This document shows positions 37,390 through 48,837 of a stretch of DNA of 64,000 nt, one piece after another; position 1 is the first letter of the stretch; each line of letters starts with the position of its first letter. The DNA comes from Dudresnaya verticillata. Its lineage: Eukaryota. The stretch covers positions 62,001-126,000 of the forward strand of contig OZ374566.1 of the NCBI GenBank assembly GCA_977862235.1, given 5' to 3'. The notes under the pieces are model-generated. The model was not told the origin of the DNA and made no database searches. It saw only the letters and a program-made list of their open reading frames with translations. A program made the translations under genes and the position numbers.

Positions 37390-40300
37390 CTAGGCACCAA
37401 CCACTGCGATAAGGACCATTACTGCCACCTTGCGGGGCGGCATCGCGATGCTGCCCAGGCACGAAACGGTGTGTCGGCATGCCACGACAGACTGGACTGC
37501 GTACGCTTTGAACACCGTTAGCAGGGCCGACGCCACAATTCGCTCCGTGTGGAGCTCCATATGTTCGCCCGGGCGGGCCCGCGTTACTTTGGAACGGTGG
37601 AGGTGACTTCGGTGAGCCATTAGAGTAGCGAACATGGTCAGTTGCAACTGCGGCATGCCGGTCTGCAGACCATCTATCGCGAAGCCAGTTGTGCTGATAC
37701 ACTCCGTCGCGACCGTCGTGCGCTGAATACCGTGGGCCCCACGACTCGGCGCAGCCGGGCGGGGCGCATAGTCCGGGCCATAGACATGGCAATATCCATC
37801 AACATATCCATTGTAACCGTGTGGGGCTCCGCGGCGTCTATCTTGGGACCCATGGCCCTGTTGCCCATATTCCCGACTATAGTCGCGCAGATGTGCCTCT
37901 AGAGGAGCTCCACGCTCTCGGTACTCACCCTCACGATAACCCCGAGTGTTATAGCGCTCATGGTATGCATTGGAACTGTATTGGTTGCGGTTGCGATAGC
38001 CATGATCATCGTAATAACTGTGATATTGCTGATAATCGTCACGATCTTGATGGCGCCCTGAACCTTGATATCCATCGCGATGCGCGCTGCATGCAGGATG
38101 TCTGTCTCGATTACCCGTGCCCGGCCGGGCCCGGCTGGTCCCGAGCCCTGGGGGTGCAGAAGAGCGATGACAATCGTCGTACCGGTAAGGCGCTGCGGGC
38201 AGTGCCTCTTGTCCTGCCTGCCCAACAAAGCGAGCAAGATCGTCTCTCTCGGGGCGAACGGCAGCCAATTGCTCAAGCACGCAATTTACGTTGCGCGTGG
38301 TATGAGTGAGAGTCTCAAATATGCGGCGGGCCAGCTGCTTCACCGTCACGAAACCGGCATCCAGCCAACCGTGGAGGTGGGCGTATGTCTCCAGACCTTG
38401 AACCATCCTCAGGTCGGGGCCAGTGAGACGGAGGGGAAGCGGTGAGGATTCACGCACTTCCTGGCGGCGAACGTGACGCACAGAGAGTCTCACGTGTCGA
38501 CACTTGGGGTCCAGAACGAACTTCTTTCCTGGGCGCCCATCGCAGATGACGTTTCCTGTTCCAATCCTAGCCTCCACGAAGAAACTGTTTCTTATCCCTT
38601 GAAAAGGCATGACAATTTCGTGGCGCTGCTTCACCTCAAGTCCAAGCGCCGCAAACATCCGAGCAACGATCACCTGACAGTCAATGCGGCCGCATTTTCC
38701 AGTTTCGTCGGCTGCGGTGACAATCTCAAGCTTTTCGAGCGTATCCCTGATTAGGATGATGGCATCGCGACCAAGGATAAATGGGCGACCTCCGTGGATG
38801 GCTTCGTTGTGCCATATTGCTGTGATGAGCGCTAGCACCTCCACCTTGAAAACATCCCAAAGTCGTTGGCGACGTTTCTCATCACGTCCACTCACCATCT
38901 CCTGATGGTAGTACCAAACACAAAGCGGTAGCGGGACGGGAAGAGCAGGAGGTAGCTTGAGGTTGGCCAGCCATTCAGGCACAGCCGGGAACATTTCCTG
39001 CATCTCTTCCAAAGTATACTTCTTGGTCTCAAATGAGACGTATGGGACCAGCAGTTTGCACGCCTCCCGACACCATGCCTCATACACGAAGTCAAGTATA
39101 TGCTTGAATGCATTCCACCACCGACCCAGGATACGGTCAGCGAACAACGGAAGGTCAGTGACAGGGCGTGCCCGCTCTTCTGACAAGTACTTTGACATGT
39201 TGCTGTAATAGTAGCACTCCACATCCGCCCTCGCAAATGTGCGATCGCCTTGCATCGCAGATGGCAACTCATACCACGGTCGCTCGATTCCCATGAGTGA
39301 CCACACATCGTTGGCAGATTTCTGGTCCTTGTAAAGCAGCTTAAGGAACCTTAGCATGTCTGCTTTCATATTAGGGAGGTCTCTTCGCACGTACTGGGTG
39401 AACGACAAACTCCTCTGCACCCTTGTCTTCCATTCCTGTTGCGTGTTGAGGAGATTTATATCAAGTGTTTTCTTATTAAGCTTGTTCCGGATCTGATGCG
39501 CGGTCGCGCTTCGTCGAGGCGGTCGTTGCACACGCGGAAGATTCGCCCATGAAGACTCTAAAGTTGGGACAAGCGCCATCTGCATAGCAGCATGCTGCTC
39601 AGAATGCTGCGCCACTGCAGCGGTGTCGCCTTCAGTATCCATTGCATCTTCTTGCCCGGCCGGGACTGCTCCAGAACTGCTAGCTTGAACTTCGCCCTCT
39701 GTGCGCTTCAGAGCACTCATCGATTCAGCATACGTTAAGTATGGCTGCGACGTTACCTCCATCCGGAACGGCGTAGGAGGGCGGTCGTCAAGGCTTCGTT
39801 CGCGCTCCAACTCAACAGCATCAGGGACGGACATTTTGGTTGTTGCACGCTCTTGAGAAGCAACAACGGGACCTGCAATCTTGGCAACATCATGACCATC
39901 GTTCGCGGTAGCAGGCGCACATCGGATCTCTTCGAGAGGATCAGAGCCGGCAGGGCCCTGTCCGCGCGTAGAAGCTCCTGTGCCACGGCTCGGCGAGGCG
40001 CTATCCTTCTGCTTCTTTAGAATGGAATGTCTTTCTGACTCCAGCAGCATCTCCATCTTCCTCTTTCGAGGCCTGAATCCAGGCAACAAATCCGATGGAA
40101 CATTGGCTCGTGGATTCCCAGCCGGGTTTCCTCCTGCGGTTGTAGCATCCGCCGTCGTATTGGACACAAATACAACCTCTTCCTCTTTTGCTTCTCGCAT
40201 CCCAGGGTCCTTGGGAGGGGCTGAAGGGGCCCGGTTGATTCATTTATCGAGGCGGCGCCGGCCGGCGAGACCAGGAGAGCTGGCGGGGTTTCTGAAGCTT

Positions 40301-40457
40301 CAGCGGGTGCCACGCTCTTGACTTTATCCTTCCGCTTAAGCCGATTGTCGTTATGCGAAGTACCCTTGCCTCCCGGTCCCGTGGCCGCGGCATCTCGAGA
40401 TCTAGTAGTTGCATAGCGGCTTCGAGAACTGCTGCGAGTCTTGACGCGACTTTCCAC
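37390..40457 (-). CDS. CACTA accessory gene 3; shares a domain with the Gypsy antisense ORFs
   Basis: 936-aa ORF 37390..40200, probably extended 5' by 40017..40457. The core LLVPY...VPEWL...VPLPLCVWY...RLWDVFKVEVLALITAIWHNE...GRPFIL is followed by an R/G/Y/D-rich low-complexity tail. Confidence 0.75.
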
Positions 40458-41711
40458 CTGCTTCTTCTTACCGAGACCAGGGCGTTTCCTCTTGCAACGC
40501 GCTCCCGCACTGTCCTCATCAACTTGGCCAACGAGCTTCTTCTTAACAAGTATCGGCTTGGGCGTGGTGATGCTTCATTTCTGAGCTGGCGCGGCCGCGC
40601 CTACAGGCCTGCATGCAGGTCGCCCGGTCTGCGCTGCCGAGCCTTTCGCAAGCTCTGCACGTGCTCCAGCGACAGCTCCAGTAACATGTTGAACTGCAGT
40701 TGCCTTAGCCACTGATGCCTTCTTCTGCGGTGAAGCCGCGATGCTCTTGTTCTGCGGTGATGAAGGGCTTATCTTATTCTGCGGTGCGGGGACTTGTCGG
40801 CCTTTCCAAGACCATCATTGGAGGCGGCGGCCGCCGCGCGATTCTGCATGACACGTTCGCCGACCATGACGGAGCTGGGCTGCGTTTCCCGCAATGCCCG
40901 TGTGTGGAGGGGAGGAGAGAGAAACCAGCGGTGATGCACAGCGCGACTCCGCGGAGTCTTTAGCCATGCGGTTGAGTGCTCTCACACTAGTGTGTAGTGC
41001 GGGCGGGGGTGGGGAGGTTGCTACCTCATGATGCCATGACAGCCGCGGCTGGCCCACGGGCATATAGCTTCTTCGTCGGCACGCTGATTTGTTTACCGAC
41101 GGAGCGCAGTTCGGCCGAACAAGAATTCCATGGCCTCCCATTGGTCAAGGATAAATCTAAGTCGCGTGATTTTGTTGTTAAATCCACAGCTTTGCCTGGG
41201 CAGGCACGTACGTTCAGCCGCAGCTCTGTGTGTGTGGCACGCAGATGCCGGCCTCAAAGGGTTTTTTTGGACAAATCATCTTTGCAAGGCCATCAAACGC
41301 GTGTGCGTGCACGTAACCGTCCCATCACAGTGGCTGTACGCGTATACCGATTCATGGCTGCTGTAAACTGCAGCAATGACGTGTGTATTGCACTGCAGTC
41401 GGGCCCTACTGCAGCTCGAAATACGAAAAAGGCGGGCACGCCCGAGTCGCGGCTCTGCAGTGCGTCCCTCATTACGATGTGAATGAAGCTTGTGGTGTAG
41501 CAACGCGGTCGAATTGCAAAGTCCTCAAAGTGCGGAAACCGACAAACAGCTTTGCAGCGGCGACGCCCGAACGCCCATTGTGCACAGATTTCTATAGCAA
41601 TTGGAGCTCCGAATCCGGTCACGTCCGTCAACGGGAATGGGCGGAAGGAACCGAAAGAAGTTTCAAGGGCGACGCAAAACTAGACTTCGCTCATGGGTGG
41701 AGAGCGTTGGA

Positions 41712-44700
41712 ATGCGAAGCGACTTGAAAGAGCTGTTTCGCCATGAAAGTTCCAACGACGCAGTTGTAGATGATTTCACAAGAGATCGCATCGATGTAAG
41801 CCCTGTCAATACAGGTATCGCGGCCGCGACTGCGACACATGGAGATGGCCCTGGGACAGCTGTCAAATCGGGCAACACGGGGCATTGTCGAACACTAGCA
41901 CTTCCTCCGGGCCACAGAGCGGGTCAAGAGCAAGATCCGCCCCATTTCTCCGACAACGAAAGTGAGTACGACAGAGTGGGGCCCCTCGGCAACGTTGATG
42001 GAGCTATAACTGGTGGCAATCATGTGGATGAGCTTTCCTTACAAGGGTCAGACAGTGACGACTCGGAGAATGACGTGCCTCCCGAAGTATTTGAGACGTT
42101 TAAAGATACCATGGACCTAGGAACCGGAGATTCAGTGAGACGCTGGCAGACTGATCTGTTTCGAGAACATGGAGCACCGGAAGAACTCACGGCCGGCCGG
42201 CCGAGCGCAGACACACATTCAATTTCTCGGAACACCCTGTCGAGGAAGGATGCGAAGAAGTTGCTGCACCGCCGCAAAGATTTTCTGAATAGGGAAAACC
42301 TCTTCGCTCTTGTCAGCGTCTGCAGAAGCGTTTGAATTACGGTTAGACAGTATGCAACGGTTCAACGATTGGGACATTGGCTTCTTCGCGAGGCCTCACT
42401 TCCAGCTTATTCCAACGTTCAGCGCACACTTTTCCCGTTCGCAATCAAGCATTGCTTCCCTCTAAGCCGCAATGTCTCCCTTCCCGTGACTTCGGCTGAT
42501 TTCAAGAAGAAAGCAAGAGGTATTGTGTTCACAACGTATTCCGAGCAATGCCCCGGCGATGGGATTCGCAGGAGGAGGACATTGGCAAATGAGCGGAGTG
42601 GAGCGGCTTTCGCGCGCGCATCATCCGCTATGCAAGAAGCTTCCACTCCGGAGCTGAATGTAGACCATAATGAAAGTCATTGTGGCTTTGGGAACCGTCA
42701 CATGACAGCTCGTAAGTTTGTTCCAGTGAAGATCGTGTGCCCATCGGAATGGGCAAAGATGGATATTGCCACCTTCCCAGTCTTTGAAGAAATGTTTCCA
42801 TCTTTCGACACAACCGACCCCGGCCGGGATCCTGCTCCATATGACTGCATTGAGATCACTAGAGTTGTTCGCAGGCGCGAAGATTTCATCTCCGCAGCGA
42901 ATTGTTTGTTCGTGAAGAATGGGAAGAAGGTGTTCAGGGCCGTCCCGGGTGTGTCAATTGAGGTCATCTGCGGAAACGTTCCGCGATGTGTCGCCAAACA
43001 CCCACCAAATTCTATCGCCTGCGACCTTACTTTCAGAGAACACGGAAAACAGCTCGCTTCAGGTACTATATCGGCGATATGGTGCGTGGGTAGTAAGGGC
43101 AAAGAGGGACCAAGTGCCACCAAAGCATTTGCGGCCGCAAATGGAGTTGAGAATTATATCATCAAGCTCCTCAGCACCGCCGACAAACCTTCATGCGCCC
43201 TGCCCGGTTGTCGCGAGCATCGCAGAGAGGATGCGCCTCTAGTGTCAAGTACGTCGCTGTGCACGGCCATGATACCGGGGGATTTGTGCACCCTGTTTCG
43301 TGTTGATTCAAGCTGGCCATCCAACTTCATTGCTTGTGTTCTCGTGAATAGATTGTGGCGATACAGGGATGGTGAACCATCAGAGTTGCTGGTTTGGATA
43401 CATCTCGACAACAGCTGGAATTCTGGCGTCGAGCACTGCGGACCAGACCTGGCGTACCAGGTGCTCAAGGAAACAACTCCAGTTACGGTTGTGTGTCTCG
43501 GTCAATGTGCATACCACAGAGAAAAAGAGCTGCGTAGAAGAATTCAGGAAGGCGATTCTCCACTGGACTTCAGTTCTCGGCCGAGAAACTTCGGGGTACT
43601 CCCTTCAGGGGAAAGGTACGTTGTATACCGCGTTTTGTTATATTGCGACGACTTTCATCCATGCACGGCTCTTCTTCCCCAGGGCTCTGCGGGGGTGTTT
43701 ACATGCTGCCCTTGGGACTTTCTCCACGCAAGCGCACGAAGCGATCGGCTGTCTGGCTCATCTCGTTAACTTCTCCTGGGGTCAGCAGCAACGAAGTGTT
43801 ACGATACATTATTCCTGATCTTGTGATGAGCGCGAAAGACGGGATTGTTGGCTGCACTCCGAATGGTGATCCCATGAGAATATTTGTTGACCACGTGGGG
43901 TTCATCGCTCACTATCCGGCGGCCGCCAAGACTACTGATGTCATCGGACACGTAGGTATGGCATCCTGCACACATTGCAATTTCCGGAGAGTCCTCAACG
44001 ACGTATGGAGCAAGTTTGGCTACACAGTGCAACTGGACGCCCAGCACTCTTCAAGTCTATGATTTCAGGAACGACATGATGCTATTCGCGTGAGTGGACT
44101 TTGTCGTGCCCAGGCTTCTCGTCTCGGTTTCTCTAGGGAAGAAGATGAAAATGGAATTCAGCCGCTTGTATTTATCGGTCAAGAACTGCAACAAGCTCGG
44201 CCCTTCATCGTGAGAAATCGGAGCGGAGACTTGGTTGCGCCCTGCATGTTTGACCCGTACCGCTCACAGTTGATAGCCCCAGATCATTTTCTTACTGGTC
44301 TCGCTAAAATACTCTGAGCGCTTGTTTCGGAGCCCTGACGAGGGAAGGGCAAGGCCTTGCCGATGTCTTGATGTGCCAAGCCCTTCGATACAACGGCCTC
44401 TTAACTCAGAACTCAGTGTTCGAAAGAACATTACACAGCATGCAACTCTCCGAACTCTACTGCGTTCTTGTCGTCTCAGTTCCCGTGTTCCGCCTAACGC
44501 TCGGCGCTACGCATGAAGCGTATCGTTTGGTTACTTTGTTGCAAAACGTGGTGGCGTTGACGTTCTGGTGGCCAAAAGCAGCGATTGATGTAATTGAAGC
44601 TGTGGAAAACATGCGTGAAGACGGCGGCCGCCGTTACTTAGAAGACTTGCAGCAACGCTCAAAACAGTATGTAGCTTTGTGCAATAGCTACATAGAACAT

Positions 44701-45798
44701 TGTGATTCTGGTAACGACTTGGACAAGGCAAACCTCCATAGGACTCTCGAGCTGTACTGCCACACAATACCGCTATTCGGGCATGCAATACACTTCATGG
44801 AACTCGTGTTCGAATGCGCAGACTCCCCGCTGAAGAGATGCGCTGCTCGAAGCAATCACCATAACGCCCACATTTCAGCTGTTGAACATGTGCTCGGAAA
44901 CGACTGGCAAGGCAGGCTTGCCCTCCTGCGTCATGGGATGAGGACCGCTGGCCAGCGCTCTGGTATGTTGTGTCTCAGGAGTCTCCGGTCACTGCTTCTC
45001 GGGCCCGAGATCAGTCACCTTCCGGATAGTGACGTAGAAGTACGGGATTTGATCAAGTGGATGTATGAGAAGATCTAAGAGGTCTTCGTAGAGCCAGTTG
45101 TGGAGGAACTTCGAGCCGACGGGACAGTCAGTGCCTCTTAGTCGTGCACGGACGCCGAATGGATCTCCGCAAAGCAAGTGAAAGCAAGAAATATGGCCGA
45201 GAGAGTAAGTTATTCTGGTGATACTTGGGAAGAAATCTTTGAGGATGCAATTGCCGCAGTGGTGCAAGCGTTTCGAGATTTCGGAGAGAGTGCGGCCGCA
45301 CCTATCCTGTTCAAAGGTGCGAGACGTGTCCGGAAGACGAGCGTTGCAGGCCCGCAGCGCTCGTACAAACATGACTCGATTTAGAAAGGATCCGTCGTTC
45401 AGTTCATACTGCTACCCAGTGGGGAGTGGAACAAGGTGATGGTACCAACAGACGGGCATAGATGTATCCAATACTCTGCAGTATTGGCTTGCTTCGAATG
45501 GGGTGGTGATAGTGCTCGGGCTATCGTAGCTGGATGCAATTGGGACGAGAGAAAACTGCAAGTTCGCAAGCCCTTGCCACGCAGCGAACTTCAAGTTCTC
45601 AAGATGACGAATGGAGTGCGAAGAATTGGGTTGCACCACAAGTTTGCATTTCGGGAAGGCAACGGAGTGTCGAGTCCAGAGTTGTTCTGCGAGGTATATT
45701 TGGAGCAGCGGAGAGTTCGTCACTCAGAATCGCTTGTAGAAGGCGGTACCTTAACGTACCAGGTAAGAGCACATGGATATCCACCACGAATGGCATAG
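41712..45798 (+). pseudogene. CACTA/EnSpm-type DDE transposase, fragmented
   Basis: Motifs occur in the order expected for CMC transposases: VLLYCDDF (about 43640), SAGGVYMLP, FIAHYPA (D.PA position), GH....CTHC (about 43950), APDHFLTGL (about 44280) and FECADSPLKR (about 44810). It is split across more than six ORFs by stops and frameshifts. Confidence 0.8.
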
Positions 45799-45834
45799 AT
45801 GAAGCACGGTCGTGCTACCCGCATGTCATAATGG

Positions 45835-45889
45835 ACGACCTCGACCGCGCGACCGCGTGACCGCGCGACCGCGCGACCGCGCGACCACA
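45835..45889 (+). repeat. Tandem 8-mer (CGACCGCG) about 6 copies, downstream of the transposase
   Basis: CGACCT CGACCGCG CGACCGCG TGACCGCG CGACCGCG CGACCGCG CGACCACA. Confidence 0.85.
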
Positions 45890-46630
45890 CCCCCGCTCCC
45901 CCGTGTGATCAGCGCGCTGCCTGCGATCAGGCGCGGCCCGTGCGACCAGCACGGGTGTGACCGCGCAGGCCGTTATGCGTGAAATGGGTGTCAACAACGG
46001 GCAGAGGGTATACGAACCGGCTGGCGAACGCAGCGCGCTGCGCATGGCCGCGGCCGCAGTGCGGCGCTAGATGTGATAGGTAGAAAGCATGAAGTAAAGC
46101 ATTAAGAATCATGAATCACCACTGCATTTCCATAGATTGATCCGGTATCCGCATGGAACGGCCGTTTCGGAGCCAAAAGACAATACATAAATTCGTTGCG
46201 AGATGGGAGCGCACGTTGGAATGAATTACAATGCGGTGGCCATGCGTCACAATTGTCAAGGTAATGCGCTAACTAATAACAATGTGCGATTTGATTCAGA
46301 ACAACAACGCATGCGCAGCACGAGTTTTAATGGCGGGTTAGCATAATGACTAATGGGTGGCAGCATTCAGAATCAATTTCTGGGACACATTTTTTGGGCT
46401 CGATCCATTACAATGTCGTGCGGCATTTCCTTCGCGCGTCCGTTTATTTTGATTTGATTATTTTGTAATTGCTCTCGTAGTGCTCCTGTGACGCCTCGTG
46501 GTACCCCGCGTTACAAATTGGACGCCTCGTGGGTGCGCATCGTGTGTGGGCTTGGCCTCGTTAGTTGTCGTCGCGGCTCTGTGCGTATTCCACCCGCACT
46601 CTTTTTTCGGTCATCCGCTGCACGGCCGCC

Positions 46631-48837
46631 ATGAGCCAACCGCCGTCGTCAGCGCCGCCGGGTGCGACGGAGGTTGAGGATTTCTCGGAAATCCAGCCTA
46701 ATACGTCGGAGGCTGTGTCCACGTTCGCCCCCGTGCCGCAACCCGCGCTGCCTTTAGCGCACGTGGCTGGCGACCCACCGGCCATTCCACGTCTACCGTC
46801 GGTTCCTGCCCCGCCTCCATCGGCTCCGTTCATGGCGTGACCACCTCCGCCGACAACGGCGTCGTTGTTGCAGGAAACGGGGACTGCCCCGGTACCAGGG
46901 TCCCAATCATCTCAACCGTCGCCGTCGACGTACGCGGCAGGCTCATCATCGGGGTTTGTCCCCGTTCCTGTCGCATTGGCCCCGCCGGCTATCGAGTACC
47001 CTCGGCCGGCGGAGTTCATTGGCATGGAGGTGGCACAGGATCTCGACCTCTTTGCGCGCGCACCGTGGTTTCACCCACGCGACTTCCGAGCGATGAATAT
47101 CACCGGGCGTTACGTTATCGGTGGTTACTTGCCAGGGGGTCTCCCCGTCGATGTACTGCAGTCGGAAGACTGGCACCTCCACGGGGCGATCCCCATTCAC
47201 CACCTCAACGACCGGCACCGTCCACTGGACGTGGTATTCCGCGATTGTGCTCGCCTTGTCTACCGGTGTCATACGCGCACCCTCGGTCGTGGAGTTTTTG
47301 CGCCGGAACTCGGCGTTGATTACGCGGTATACCGCACGAATGGTGAGGTGGATTAAGTGTGGTATTTGGCCAGTGTAGACCTTCCTCAGTCTTGGCGCGG
47401 GCGTGAGCTGCAGGTTGCGCAGGCGGCGTTACTCTTTGACGTGCAGCTGCGAAATGAGTTTCATTACCTCCGCAAGCGCGGTAGCGCCTTTTGGGACAAA
47501 ATCCGCTTCGAACGTCGTGAACGCTCACGTCTCGGCATCTTTGTTCCCTATCCCCACGTCGAGGGTTCCCTCCTCAGAATAGCGTACCGCCGACGGTACT
47601 AGATAGGTATACCGGGCGCCTGGGCATCAGTCGAGACATGCTAGGGCTTCCTCGTAGAGTTGCCCAACGTGTTCAGGTACTGTATGAGCGCGTTCTTACG
47701 CGACGCGAACACGGGTTTGTGGACGGTGGCCTACACCGAATTCATCGCGAAGGTCGCCATGAATTGGCTTTGGGAGACGTATGATACCCTGAGCTTGTGG
47801 TTCTTACCCCGACGGTGACGTCCCTTCTAGATGAACTAGACCTCCGCACCATGCTCGGTGGGCAAAGTACCGACGAAGAACTTCGCAGATTACTGCAGCT
47901 TCATAGCACCATTGATTGGAACGATCCCGCGGTGGTGACACTGTCAAATAACAAACTCAGTAATCTGCGACGTAACTTTCCGCTGGGTCGACGTCACCCC
48001 ACCTGCGGGGACTTCGTCTCGTATGATCCCTGGCGGCGCCAGCTCGTTGGCGAACACAAAGCGCGGTTTCACCTCGAAAATCCTGTGCCGATGCCGGTGG
48101 ATTATCCCACTGGCTACCTGTACGACGCGATAGAGCCGGGTGTTGATGAGGAGGGGAGCGGAGATTTATCCGATGGCTATAACGTCCGCTCGTCGGGCCC
48201 CGACGTCTCTGCTCCATCAACTTCGGATGCCGACCTGGACGGCCCGCGGTCCCGCGCACAACGCGGGATGCGCGAGGGTGCGGAGTCATCAGCTATGGGC
48301 ACGGTTGTTCGGGTTGCAACTGCTTCGTCACCGGAGGGAACTCCGAGGTCTCGTGATGCGCCGTTGGTCGCTGAAACCGCAGAAGCTGGCTCTCCGACTA
48401 ACGTGGCTGCCACTGGTGGCACATCTGGACCTACCCGGCTCGCTATGGATGACTTTTTGCAGCGTTCCGGGGTTGACCTCGACTTGAATCTCTCGGAGCG
48501 CGAGCTCCGGGAGCGACTCAGCGCTATTCTCGCGGCTACTGCACACGGACGAGGCGATGACGGGGCCCGTTGACACGCGCCAACTGCGACGGAGTCGACT
48601 CCGGTTAATAGTGTGTCCAACCCCCTTGGGGACAGAGAGGCGATGGGTGCGGAGCTGACTCCAGGAGCCGCGAGTACGATTGCAGGTCATGAACCCATGG
48701 AGGTGACCCCGAGGAACCCGCCGAGTGGGGCGGAGTCCTCTCCAGAGAAGGGTGGCGATACGACGGACACCGATGCTGAGCCCGGCGGTGATATCACCGG
48801 TGATCCCATGTTTTCATGGATGAAGCGCACGGATTAG
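46631..48837 (+). pseudogene. Antisense accessory ORF of element C
   Basis: ATG at 46631 in a GCCGCC context. ORFs 46565..46840, 46865..47356, 47357..47602, a read-through segment to about 47810, then 47797..48573. Homologous to the B and D antisense ORFs. Confidence 0.85.

Larger units (their letters stand above)
31834..46482. mobile_element. 14.6-kb CACTA/EnSpm (CMC superfamily) DNA transposon with a transposase and three accessory genes
   Basis: The left end CACTACGAAGGCGATTTC and the right-end reverse complement CACTACGAGAGCAATTAC form imperfect TIRs. Both sides are flanked by CT. The subtermini are AT-richer, a CMC-type transposase lies inside, and removing the element rejoins the internal region of C. 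Confidence 0.88.

Noticed and set aside
31834..46482. The four-gene block as host genes or an endogenous virus/Polinton
   Set aside because: It is bounded by CACTA TIRs and contains a CMC-type transposase. I recognised no polymerase, capsid or packaging ATPase motifs.
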